Shown here: one piece after another, positions 1-12,568 of the stretch
Numbering within the stretch: the first letter of the stretch is position 1
How the letters are laid out: every line of letters begins with the position of its first letter
From: Azolla caroliniana
Taxonomy: Eukaryota; Plantae; Polypodiophyta
Length of the DNA: 64,000 nucleotides
Assembly: GCA_043228905.1 (NCBI GenBank)
Contig: JBHGNT010000014.1
Span: 20,708,001-20,772,000, forward strand
Direction of reading: 5' to 3'
Notes under the pieces: model-generated
Databases searched by the model: none
Told to the model about the DNA's origin: nothing
The model's input: the letters and a program-made list of their open reading frames with translations, nothing else
Made by a program: the position numbers and the translations under genes

Positions 1-419
1 TTCTCTGTTTGGTCGTAGTGTAACATTAAATGTGCACGTCAGTTGATAGTAGTGGAGATATTCCTTTTCTATCAACGGACTTGTCATTTAATATTACCCA
101 GCTCCCTAGATACAGCTAGTGCTAGATAGTTCTTATCTTAAAGTCAATGGCACATACTTCAAGACTAAGTACATTGTAACTTGCGCACAAAATATTCTAG
201 TTGACTTGATTAGCCAATCCTATTAGCCCACTTCACTCTTTCCTAAATACATTGTCTCCTATGCATCTACGGTTTCCGAGATTGACACCTTATCGACCCG
301 TATGGTCGAGTTGCACAATAGCCACTCCTCATCTGGGGAGCTATCACAAAATGCGCACTCTAAGAGTACATATGGGGATAGATTTATAACTTGGGGTTGA
401 TCATTGATTTTATCTAACA
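1..419 (-). mobile_element. LTR (partial, runs off window start); same family as solo LTR at 20177-20842
   Basis: The reverse complement begins TGTTAGATAAAATCAATGATCAACCCC and aligns colinearly by eye over about 420 nt with 20177-20590. Shared blocks include GTACTTAGT(C/T)TTGAAGTATGTGCCATTGA and CTACTATCAACTG. Confidence 0.8.
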
Positions 420-498
420 ACTTCCACAGATCAAAGCTTGTGCCATCAAATCATTTGATCTCATATAGTAATTTAAGATCATGCGGAGTGTTGGCCAT
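420..498 (-). mobile_element. Decayed Ty1/copia gag N-terminus remnant abutting the LTR
   Basis: Minus strand reads MANTPHDLKLLYEIK*FDGTSFDLWK, matching the copia gag start motif (YEIEKFDGxNFxLWK), then meets TGTTAG. Confidence 0.5.
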
Positions 499-2305
499 TT
501 TTTCACCCAAAAATAAACACCAAAATTAAATTCTGGAAATATTAAATTTAATTAGAGAACTTAGAATATTAATTGCCACGATGTAAAAATAATGACTTGA
601 GAGGTTCCTATGAAGAAAGGGGAACATGAGGATTTTTTTTTGGATTTGCGTTTGAATTTACTGTTGCAACAAAGTTTCCTGCACTAGAATACTTGTAAAT
701 AGCAAGTATTAGGGATTCCTCCTATTTTGGACCTCTTCTTGCAATGAATCTTCTCAAGAAACTTGAAACATTTGGAAAAAATTGAATCAGCGACAACACT
801 CGATAGATATATCCTTGCTTTGGTACTTATTGAAAATTGATGAGGTGCAGAGAACTGACAGGAGGATAGGGAGAAGATACATAGGTTTTTGGGGACCCTT
901 AATAATCTATTTTAAGGGTAAAAAGTATAGTGTTTTATTAGAATGTGATTTTAGGGCATTTGAGTCATCTCACAATGGCCGAGTAACCCTAATATGTCCT
1001 AGAAGCTCTTAAGAGAGCTATAGGGTGAAAGAATCTTCATAAATGTACAAATGGAGAGTTCTTTGAACCTTTATACCTAATAGATGTTATGGGTGAATAA
1101 TATAGGCCAATAGGGCTTCTGTAGTCACAAGCTCTTTGCTGAAAAATATATACATCTATAATTGGGGGGTTCTAACTTCCACAAATAAAGTAGTTATTGA
1201 TAAACTTCGTAATGGGAAGAAGTCTAGAATCTAAATGGTTAGGCCTAAGCATTAGTGATAGGATAAAATCCTAGCCATCTATATCATGAACGTTAGTGAG
1301 GGGATTGTTGGTATATTCTTGAGAGAGTAATATGTATTTCCAAACCTTGGTGTACATATATGCGAATAACTATTTGAATTTTTTGAGGAACTTGTCAATC
1401 TTAGCTGTGTACTTCACGCCCAGCTAGGTTTTCTTCCTCTATTCTTAAATAGGAATTTCTCTACTTCAATGATCTTGAACTTCAAAATGATCAAAATGAC
1501 ATCCTGACAAATGCTTGGCTTGAGCAGCAAGAGCAGGAACTTTGGTTGCTCGAGGTGTTGACACTTGAATTGTCAGCCATTTATTTCATCAAATTCATCT
1601 AAGGTGAAATCAATGGTTGCTGTATCATTAGGTCAGATAGTTGGTCAAAGGATAAGAAGATGATGAATAAATGCAGGAGTTAATTAGTAAATGGGCCACC
1701 AAGCATAGTTTCGAATATGAAAGACCATTATCAACCCTTGCTTATGGCTTAGATTTCTCCAATTCATTTTTCAAATCCTAATTGTCCATCATTTGTTTGT
1801 GGCATTTTCCAATTCCCAGCACCCTGCTCTCTGGTTTCAATCCACAATCAAAATATTGTGGTGTGGAACAAGCTGAAAGTAATGGAAATGGGCAAATTAC
1901 TTAATTGAATCGGGTCTTTATGAGGAAAAATTTGATGCAGAGTCTAATTTAAATAAGATATTGAGAATATTGGTGAAGAAAATGTGCCATTTGCAGAGAA
2001 CAGATTCTCTTTATTTGATATTTCCATCATTAAAGTGGAGATGGATACTATTTGAAAGGTCTTGGAAGTCTTGCGTAAGTTGTTTTGTTGGTTGGCTATC
2101 ATGGCTTTACTCTTCTATGCTACCTTTAGCAGTAGGACATAATTAAAGGCTGATATTTTCTATAAACGTTTCTAGATTAACTAAGATGTAATTACACATT
2201 TGGTTTTCAGAAAAACCCCAAAAGGCATTGTTTAGTTTATTCCTTTTGAAGGATACTTAAGATTATTGTGTGAGAGGAAATTTGTCTTTTGATGTGTATA
2301 TACAG

Positions 2306-5300
2306 TGTTCTGTGAATATTGCATTAAAAAAATGGGTACAATTACTGGCTGCCCTTCTTGCAATAATATTCAACCAACACAGTCATTTAATGTATGTTGG
2401 AGTCTTCATCAATATATGCTTCAACTATACCCAGAGATCTATTTGAAGAAGAAGACAGAAATTGTCGGAGAAAATGCAGATCAAATTACACCCAATAGAG
2501 CAAGTAAGCGTTTTCTTACCTTAAATAGTTTACATTTTTAACAGTTCCTAAATCTCTTCGTTAGAAATCACTATACCTTAATAATTTCAATTTTTCTAGA
2601 TATACATGTATTGGGTTTATTCATTTTATGATATGCCCTCCCACCATGGACGCTAGTACTTTCTCCTTGTGGTAGTCCTACTAACTTAGCTATATTTATT
2701 TTGGTTTTTTGTTCTTAAAGATGAGCAACACTTCAAGATGTTATCTCTTGTGTTATCCCATAGGTCATTTTGCCTCTGAAAAGACGTTAATACACTTTCT
2801 TTCTCTAGCACACATATTTAATAGAGCTACGTCTGAAGGTTGCCCTACTCCATGAACAGAACATACCATTGTTCCAATCCTCAAGAGTGGAGACCCCGTG
2901 ATGCCGAGCAACTATAGGAGAATCATGATTGGTCATTACTTGGCTAAACTATATCGTTCAATCCTATAGTCAGAATCGAGCATATGGTTAGAGCGAAATG
3001 GCTGCCGTTCAACTGGACAGACAGGCTTTCGGAAGGGTTTCACAATTTTGGATCACACATTGACCCTTCGAGCCCTTATTGAGGAGAGAAGAGCCCATAA
3101 TAAGAGTATTTATTGCTGCTTGTGAACTTGCGAAAAGCCTTTGACATTGTGCCGCATGCTTGGCTTATGCAACGGCTAGAAGCCCTTGGTGTCCCTATAT
3201 ATATATGCAACGGGGAATGTATGTGCATAATGAATCCATGTGAGGAAGAGTGCAGTTTCCCAATGGTTTGTCAAAGGCTGTGGCTAGCACAATAAGAGTA
3301 AAACAAGGATGCCCACTAACACCCACTCCCTTTGGTCTCTATATAGATGAGGTATCACATCGCATAGAGAGATTCAGGGGTTCGGGAGCACGCCTAGTCG
3401 GTATAGCTATACAAATATTACTATATACTGATGATATTGTGCTGATTTCTGACTCTCCGGAGGGACTTCAAAGACATCTAAATGCCTTAAAACTATTTTG
3501 TAGGGACAAAGGTTTGTCGATAAACATGGATGAAACTAAAGTGATGGTGTTTAACACCACTCAAGCATGGGTGACAAGATCAGAACCCGAATTCTTCTTG
3601 AGAGAGGAAATGGTGGAATACACACGCTCCTACGCATACCTAAGAGTAACATTTACAGGACCTAGGTTCTCCTTACGGGAGTCTGCTTGTGTCCGACTTT
3701 CTTGTGGATATGCAGCCGTTGGTGCTCTCGAAAGACAATGTGCACATATGCAGTTCCAAGAACCACTAACGAAGTTGTTATTTGATACACTTGTCACACC
3801 AACTCTTCTCTATGAAGTAAAAACGTGGGGATTGAGTCTTAACAAGTCAAATCATTGGAAAAATTTAGAGAGACCTTTAACGTCAATGATTGCCCACATC
3901 AAAGCATCGGTGCCCCATGATATAATCCGGGTAGAGATAGGAGCAGGCCCTATAATTGAGGCATTAAATGTGGTCGATGGAGTTTGGTCATAGACATCCA
4001 CTCGAGTGCAATTCTGTCATAAGGATATCTAATATTCTTTGACCACGTTTGCACTTGACAACTAACTAGATGCCACAATCTAGTTTTTCGTGTAACTAGA
4101 TAGTTCACACGGATTACAATAAAGTATGACACTTTTTCACACATAGCTTTTCTCCATAAGCACATGTTCACACGAGTTGAGCTTGATTCTCAACACACAC
4201 CCTCAAGGTTAATTGTGTGTCCTATTAAGCTCGGTTGTCTCAGTGTAGTTGAAGACTTAGTCGAAGTTGCGCAAATTGCAATTTGTGGTCTTCACGTTGC
4301 GTCTCTGTACTCGATCTTGATCAAGCAATGTTTATCTTGCTGATCTAAAAATGTCGATAAAAAATCCCAGGGTGCCTGGGCTTTTCGCTTGGCTTATCCA
4401 ACCAAGGTTTTGCTCTAGGTTCTGAGCTTATGCTGGTCTTACCCCATCTCCCTTGCCCACTGTCTTCTCATGGGTGCTGATTCATTGTGAGGTTTATCCT
4501 TGAGTTCAAAATTCTGCACTTCGAAAAGTCTTCCTCCAACTTGCCAGGTCGAGTCGGATTGGATGTGCTGGGCTTACCCTTCCTCTTTAGAGCCATTGTT
4601 GGCTGTTTCTTGCTGCTCTAAGAGATCTTGTGTTATGCTCTTGGAAACAAGTTTTCGACCTATAGAGATCTTGGCACTACAAAGAGTATACATATACATT
4701 ATGAAAGTCAAGAATATGCTACATCATAGATTACCACATCTTTCTTGGAATGTTAGACGTAAACTACAAAAGACTCACAAGAACAAAATTCTTCATTTGG
4801 TCATGTAGTTAACATAAAAAATGGTTCAAAAGATGGGGTATGGAATATGTCTTAGAGCTTTCAAGTGATACTATGAAATATGTAGTTTTGAGGAAACGTT
4901 AATCTAACTACTAAGGAAGAAGTGGGAATATGCTAAAAGGAAAAAATTAGAATATTATACAACAAACATCAACCGCGAATGATGGATTCAATGAAAGGTA
5001 AGGTGTATTGATCATATTCGACCTTATCTCATTGCTAACGTAAGTATTAACTCTCGTAGACCCCTTATACTCAGCACTCAGTCACACAAGTTAGGTGTTG
5101 AAGTTGCATTATGGCATCAAAATCCGTCAAATATAAAGGCATGTAAAGTATGCGTGAAAGGGCTAGTAGAAGATGGGTATCACTTCGTTTTAACATGCTC
5201 TGCATATAGTGCAATTTGTGAAAGTTATTGTTAGATATTAAGAGAGGGTGATGACTTGATTGTCACACTAAAGAGAACACCCATAAGGTTGAGCGCATAT

Positions 5301-6765
5301 ATTTCCTTATTCACACTTCGAGACCGTGTTTCGAAATATGAATATCCCTTCTTACCAAGGAGACATATCAAGAAAACTCGTGTATTTAGTTTCCATTAGT
5401 CAATATGGGCCTCTCTATGGATGCTAAAAAAGATATAATCTAATCTAATGGCTCACGCATCCAGCTTTCTTACGTCACAAATAGCACACATCCTTTATAG
5501 AGCTTTCTGTGAAGGTTTCCCTACAAGCTAGACAGAACATACCATTGTGCCAGTCTTCAAGAGTGGACACCCCACGATTGGTTATTACTTGGCTAAATAT
5601 ATGGCTTGATTCTTGAGTCAGCATTGAGTCTATGGGTATAGAGAAGGATGGCTTCCGTTCAGCTGGACAGGCAAGCTTTTGAAAGGGGTTCACAACTTTT
5701 GATCACAATTTGACCTTCCACGCCCTTATCGAGGAAGGCAGAGACCATAATAAGAAGATCTATTGATGCTTTTTGGATTTCCGAAAAGCCATCAACATAG
5801 TACCACATGCTCAGCACATGCAATGGCTAGAAGCCCTTGGAGTCCCTATAGATATGCAATGGGTTGTTGTCAGAGGGTGTGGCTAGACAATTGGAGCAAA
5901 AGAAGTGTCCATTATCACACACTCTCTTTGGTCTCTACAGATGAGGTATCAGTTACATTACATAGAGAGGTGTTGGGAGCTTGCCTAACAGGTATAACCA
6001 TACAAATATTATCCCCTCCATTCTGAATCAACTTATGCTAGAGATCTTTCAAAGAGAAAATGTACAATATATCTGACTTGAAAATCTTACATATAGATGA
6101 TGAGGTTCGTTAGTCATGTCTTAATTGTAATTGTATTTACTTTTTTTTTACATAATTACGTTCATTATGGTTTGCTGCTCTCCAGGATGAGAAGACGATA
6201 ATATATCGTCTTCTTTTTTCTTGTGGATCGAGAAAATGTTGTTGTGGATGAGTATTGGGATATTTACAGATGGAGATGGGAAAGATTGCCGAGAACTAGA
6301 CGATTGTACAATACTTTATTATTGTATCATAGTATGAATAACTTGAATGGATTTCTATATTTTGAGAGGCTTTACAATACATGATGTGCTTGCCAGTAAT
6401 GTCTTGTTTTACCATCCTGTGTAGGTGTTGATACAGAAGAGGATACATATGATCTTGCACTTGCTCATTATCACGTAGGTTGCGATCAATGTGGGGTAAG
6501 TTACATTCTCTGTTGTATAGTATGACTTTGTTATGATCCATAATTACCTAGTTTATTAAAATGTGAACTATTACAGATGTTTCCTATCATCGGTGATTGC
6601 TATAGATGCCAGGATTGTCCTGAAATTCCGGGTTTTGATTTATGTGGAATTTGCTATGAGAGGGGTGTAAATACATGTGGTCGATTTAATCAACAACATG
6701 TTGCTACTCATTGTATGGAAAAGATTCCTCCATCGATTGCTAACAAGAATTCAGCTTTTGCTTGA
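2306..6765 (+). CDS. PRT1: E3 ubiquitin ligase PRT1-like (N-degron pathway; RING + ZZ zinc finger), last three exons; 5' exons lie upstream of the window
   Basis: Phase-compatible AG/GT exons at 2306-2503 (VFCEYC..CPSC..NVCWSLHQYMLQLYPEIY, end of second RING), 6425-6495 (..AHYHVGCDQCG) and 6577-6765 (MFPIIGDCYRCQDCPEIPGFDLCGICY..GRFNQQH..H, stop). The ZZ motif GCDxCGxxPIIGDxYRCxDC..DLC..GRFNQQH is characteristic of plant PRT1. Confidence 0.88.
2805..5449 (+). mobile_element. 5'-truncated, degenerate non-LTR retrotransposon (RTE/L2-like LINE) in the PRT1 intron, interrupted by a copia fragment
   Basis: RT motifs TIVPILKSGDP..SNYR, QTGFRKG..DH, KAFDIV, VKQGCPLTPTPFGLYIDE and LLYTDDIVL (ORF 3250-3993). 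C-terminal C/H knuckle remnant at about 5070-5220 (SHKLGVEVA..CKVC..EDGYHFVLTC). Ends in a (TAATC)n-like tail near 5435-5449. Confidence 0.8.
3995..4660 (-). mobile_element. Fragment of a copia 3'-LTR/PPT junction related to the outer copia at 54264+
   Basis: AGTTGAGCTTGATTCTCAACA (4175-4195) is identical to 54638-54658 and is followed by a decayed PPT complement CACACCCTCAAG (vs CGCCCCCTCAAG). Outer boundaries are approximate. Confidence 0.55.
5450..6012 (+). mobile_element. Second degenerate fragment of the same LINE RT family
   Basis: Colinear with about 2810-3420 (ACAGAACATACCATTGT..TCAAGAGTGGA, TACTTGGCTAAA, CTGGACAG, GCCCTTAT.GAGGA, GGCTAGAAGCCCTTGG, ATGAGGTATCA), with internal deletions. 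Confidence 0.8.
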
Positions 6766-7702
6766 AATGTTAACTGAGGAAATAAATTTAGGTTCAAGAA
6801 AGAATGGGCTCATTATAAAATATAATGGATGCTTGAAAAGCCGGAATTGGCAACTCTTTGTTTATACCAATCTAGTGGATACATTCATGAAGTGGAACGT
6901 GTGGAGTGATCAAAGTTCCGTTGTTTTATTTTTAGGGTTTTAAAACTTGATTGACATGGTTTTTTGTCATGTCTATTGTATCAACTTTAAAGGTTTTTAC
7001 CAACTGTAAAGATTTTTACCAGTTATCTCATGTTATGATAGTCAACTCATTATGTTGTGTATTGTAGGTTTTTGCACTACAATCATTAGGGAAACCTACA
7101 ATAGTGAAATGATTGTAGTGCAAAAAGCTAGAAAACTAGTGTATCTTGGGAACTTTTGAAAACATTTTTCTTTTATTTGTATATTTGTTGATGTGGATAC
7201 ATCCACATGCTTAATGTTGTCCGTGCTTGAGTAAAATGTTACCGATCCCTTGCGGACATGCAAAAACAATAATGTAATCATGGTTAATTAGAGGATATAG
7301 GGAAAGCTAGATAATGCACATAGTAAAAGAGGTATTATGAGATATTTAAGAAGTAACCTCAAAATCAGTTCCAAACTTAAAGTAAGAATATCATTGTAAT
7401 TTTTAATCATGAGCCGCTTAAAATGAAGTAGGAGAGCTCAAAAAACTCTCACTAGCTAGATGCATCATAGTGGCGAATGAGGTATTACTTGCAACATAGT
7501 GGTACAACCTATCATGTTGGATGCAATTACATTTGGTATGGTACGCAATTACATTTGGTCTGCTAAGGAAAATCATGCTGCATGGGCCAAGGTGGTATGG
7601 TATGTTCTCACATCACCCAAGTTGAGAGGAAGGATGGGCTTGATTGATCCCCTCCCATAGTCCAAAGCACTACTCGCCAAATTGTGGTGTGAGGACTCCC
7701 AC

Positions 7703-8157
7703 TATTAGAGACATGTACTAAAGTAAGCATTAGATAAAGATAGATCTAGGTAGATAGAAAGAAAGGAGAGAGAGAAGGAAGGGTGCCGATCCACCTGACC
7801 ACCCCCGAGCGAAGGGATCGAGATGAACTTGAGCCTCGATCGGCGTCCCATACCACCGCCGTGGCGTCTAGTCGTACCTGGTGCTGGCGCGCTCGCTACA
7901 AGAGTTGACCCACCACAATACAGAGTCTCGACGTAGTCAACCAGATGATCAAATGAGGTAGCTAGGCCTCTTATTTATAGCGATACCCAAGGCCCCCAGG
8001 CAAGTTCACACTTGGCCTAATGGGTTGTCTCAATCCCAAGGATTAAAAGTAATCCTCACCTTCTTTACACTCTCGTTTAACCCTCACACTTATCCACGTG
8101 TATAAAATACTACGGTAAATTCTCACCACGGGATATTATATGGTCATGCCCGTAACA
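7703..8157 (-). repeat. 3' LTR of the chromovirus (455 bp)
   Basis: Direct repeat of 14265-14508, adjacent to the PPT and TSD. Confidence 0.93.
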
Positions 8158-8159
8158 TA

Positions 8160-11100
8160 CTCCCCCTCTTTAAAACATTGCACTCTTGCAATGGAAAGTT
8201 AGGGAAGTTAGTTTTGAGAGTACTCTCACGTTCCCATGTGGCATCTTTTATTGATTTATCCATCCATTTTATTTAAATTCTCGGATTTCTTTTGTACGTA
8301 ATTTTTTTGTTTTAACATCGAGAATTCTTTCTGGTACATGTGGTTTAGAAGATACATCTTCGGAAGTAACCAGAGTTTCAGTTGTAACTGTATTGTCGCT
8401 AGAACCCGGAAGTTCTTTAAGACGATTCACATGAAAAACTGGATGAATTCCAACACCATCGGGAAGAGCGAGACGATAGGTTGATGACCCAATCCGTTTG
8501 AGGACTGTAAAAGGTCCACAAAACCGTGGGGCTAACTTAGCGCACTTACCCGTAGAGAATGTCTTACAATTGTGAGGTACACGTAAAAATACCTTCTGTC
8601 CAGGGTTGAATACACAAGGTTGCCTATGATGATCGGCATAAAAACGCGCTCTATCTTGAGTTGTTTTTATATTATCTCGTGCAATATGCAACATATCTTG
8701 CATATCCAGAAGAAAGTTTTATGTACTTCGCAACTCATCATGATGTATATTAACATCAATCGGGGCTCGTGGCTGAAAACCATACATCAACATAAAAGGA
8801 CTATATCTCGTCGACGTATGCTTGGAGTTGTTATAAGCAAACTCCAAAATTGGGAGATAACGTTCCCATTTTGTTGGTTTTGTACCAATGTATGCTCGAA
8901 GCATGTCCTCAATAATTTGATTTACTCATTCTGTTTGTCCATCAGATTGAGGATGATCCGTGGAGCTCATGCTCAACGTAGTTTCTAACTTCTTAAAGAC
9001 TTGCGTCCAGAAGTCACTAGTAAATTTTGGATCTCGATCACTCACGATATCCATCGGTAACCCATAAAAATGAAATAACTCGTCCACGAATTGGTAAGCC
9101 AATTCAGGAGCTGTTACCGTGGTTTTAGTAGCAATAAATCTGGCCATTTTAGTTAGTCGATCAACCACAACCCAGATGGCATCATGGCCTTTTTGGGTGC
9201 GAGGAAGGCTAACAATAAAATCCATGGATATACTTTCCCACTTATTATTGGGAATGTCCAAGGGATGTAAAAGTCCCGCGGCTTTAAGTCGCTCGGCTTT
9301 GTTAACCTGACATTGGTGACATTTAGTCACATAGCTATGTATGTTAGGATGCATCTTAGGCCAATAAAATTGAGTGAAGATGAGAACGAGTGTACGATGT
9401 ATTCCAAGGTGCCCTGCCGAGGGTGCATCATGGCATTAAAAAAGAATCCTCTTTTTGACCTCGGGTAAATCTGGAACACAAACCTTCCCATTACGGTAGA
9501 GCAGACCGTTAGCAATGTGGAAGTATTCCTTTGAGGATGTGGCGGTGTCTATTCTAGACTCAACTCTTGCCCAATATTTTGCGAAATAATTGTCATCAGG
9601 ATACTTTCCTTGAAGGCGATCATAAAGATCTGATGATATTTCAGTGAAGCTAAGCGTGTTAACTTCACGGATGCGACTTAGTGCATCAACGACAGTGTTC
9701 ATGGAACCTTTACGATATTGTATGGAAAAATCAAAGTCCTGGATGAGATCAACCCATCGTGCCTTATGACCTTTCAGGTCTTGTTGGTCACAAAAATATT
9801 TCAAGAACTCGTGGTCCGTAGTTACCACAAAGCGATTTCCATAAAGATAATGACGCCATGTTTTGAGCGCGTGTATAACTGCAAATAATTCCTTTTCTTG
9901 AACGATATACTGACATTGAGCAGAATCAAGTTTCTTACTCTCTAATGCTATTGGTTTACCATCTTGATATAAGACAACACCTATAGTATAATCGCTTGCA
10001 TCGGTTTCAACCTCAAAAGGTTTTGAAGGATCGGGTAAAAGAAGTGAAGGAGCCTTGCAGGTCCTTGAGTTCCTTAAAGACGAGGTTTAGTGTAGCATTC
10101 CACACAATAGGTTTTGTAGACTTACGTGTTTGACCTTTTAGAAGATCAGTAAACAATGTCGTCAATTGGGAGTAATTACGAAGGGATTTTCGCAAAAACC
10201 TGACAAAACCAAGGAATGATCGAACTTCTCGAATATTCCGAAGAGTGGGCCAAAGCTTGATTTTGTCGATGCGAGAAGGATCAATTTCAACTCCTCGTTC
10301 GGTTATGAGATGTCCAAGATAAGTAATTGATTTCTTGAAGAACTCACATTTTGAGATCTTCGCGTAAAACTGTTTATCACGCAATGTCTATAAAACAAAG
10401 CGAACATGTTTAACATGTTCTTGTAATGTACGACTATAAACTAAAATATCATCCAAGAAAATAACGACAAATTTTCCAAGTTGTTCTCGGAAAATGTCAT
10501 TCATTTCTTGTTGAAATGTAGCCGGAGCATTGGTCAAACCAAAAGGCATAACCAAAAACTCATAATGGCCATAGCGCGTACGAAATGTTGTTTTAGGAAC
10601 ATTGTCCTCACTTATACGAATTTGATGGTAGCTAGTACGGAGATCAAGTTTCATAAAATACCGAGCTCCCTGGAGACGATCAATTAGATCGTCAGCCCAG
10701 GGCAATGGATACGAATTCTTGATCGTCACTTTATTCAAGTGTCGGTAATTAATACACATACGTCATGTGCCCTCTTTCTTTTTAACCAAGAGAACTGGTG
10801 CACCCCATGGAGATTTACTATAACGTATATAACCCATTCGTAAATAGTCCTTGAGTTGCTTAGATACCTCATCCTCTTCGGATTGACTTAAGCGATAAGT
10901 TGGTATACTTATTGGTGCAACACCAGGTACAATATCTATATGATGGTCTATATTACGTTTAGGAGGTAAGCCATCTGGTAGTTCACTTGGAAAAACATCA
11001 CGAAAATTATTTAAGATTTCATCAAGTTGTTGTTCAAAATATGTTAATTGAACCGAGACATTATCGATATTGTAAACGTGAATGTCCGGATCAAGTACAC

Positions 11101-12568
11101 AATAAAATAGAGTTGAACAAGACAACTCGGATATTGATGGACACAAGGAAACAATCGAGAGGGATTGTTTTTTTACACATTGAATAAAATGAGTACAATC
11201 GTTTAGTACAAATGTAATTGAATGATGAACCCAATCAATAGATAAAGAAGAGCTTTTATTATAGAACCAGGTATAACCCAATATTACATAAGTGGTACAA
11301 AGATTCATTACATGGAAGTCTACTTCCTCTATATAAGTGTCAATAGAAATTCCTAATGAATGAATCGCCCCGTTGATGTATTGTACTCTTCCATCAGCCA
11401 AGTGCACCGTGTAGGTGTGATCACTTACGGTGGGTTGGATTCCCCATATCTGAACCAAATGATCATTCACAAATTTGTGTGAGCTTCCCGAATCAAATAA
11501 AAATTGTATGGGAGATCCATTGATATACCCGTTTGCACGTAGTAAATCATTGGGACCCAATACATAGTGAGGGAGAGAACATTGACAATTACTTAAATGA
11601 TGTGTATAGACCTGAAGGACATTAGGAATCTGACCTTTATGGTCTGCAGCTTTAGCTTTGTTGTCATGCTCTTTCCGTTGGAGCTTTCGACATTGATCTT
11701 TTGTATGACCCTTCTTTTTGCAGAATACACAAAAAGGATGTTGTCGCTTACAATCACGATCCATGAATTCGTTGGGTATCTTGCGTTTCCCAACGAATTG
11801 TGACTGCTTAGTCCCGGGCGCTTCGTTGTGTTTGTTGTGGTCCTTCTTCGAAGTGCGTTGATAGCGAAGAACTATTTCAACGGCCTCTTCGAAGGATTTT
11901 GGATCCTTATCGTGCACTATCCAGTGATAGTCTGAATTGGGGATGCCATTGACAAAACAAGCTATTAACCAGTTGTCCCCTTCTAGACCCGATTTTTGGA
12001 TTTCGGTTCTGGCATGGTGAACATAGTCTTCTAGCGAGGAAAACTTCCTGCTAGAGAGGTTCATTAAAGCTTGTGCTGCCTCGGTTCGAGAGGGAGGTTG
12101 CAGAAATTGGCCCTTGAAAACTGTGACAAAATCTGTCTAGGTATCAGGCAATTTCCCCAAAGTACGGAGCCCACGCCACCAGGCAGCGGCCTTAACCCCT
12201 AGTTCTCGGCTGACATATGCAATCTTCGTACTATCTAGCGTGGGATAGAGCTCAAAATGAGACTCCCATCGACCCAACCACGTGCAGATTGCTTCTTTGG
12301 TTCTTTCCTTTTTGTCTCCCGTAAATGGCTTAACGACAAACGATGGTTCACCTTGGCGCTCATCAGGTATATTAGTCTCACGTTGTAGACTAATGACACG
12401 TGCCCCGAGAGCACTTTGAGATTGCCGAAGTTCGGTCATCTATTGAGCGGTGAAACTAAGGTATTGGGTTATTTGCGAAAAATACATCTCAATGGACATT
12501 TGTCCAGGAGGATTCCCTTGAGTTCCTTTCGCTTGAGCGGAGGACATCGGGTCGTTATTTTGAGCCAT
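8160..12568 (-). pseudogene. Gypsy gag-pol polyprotein broken by stops and frameshifts
   Basis: Zinc knuckle CVFCKKKGHTKDQC, protease [38 protein letters not shown], RNase H TDHE..ARW, integrase WESISMDFI..HPQSDGQTE, GPF motif, chromodomain PERILD..KW..DATWE. In-frame stops at about 12440, 12137, 10763, 10388, 9436 and 8926. Confidence 0.93.
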
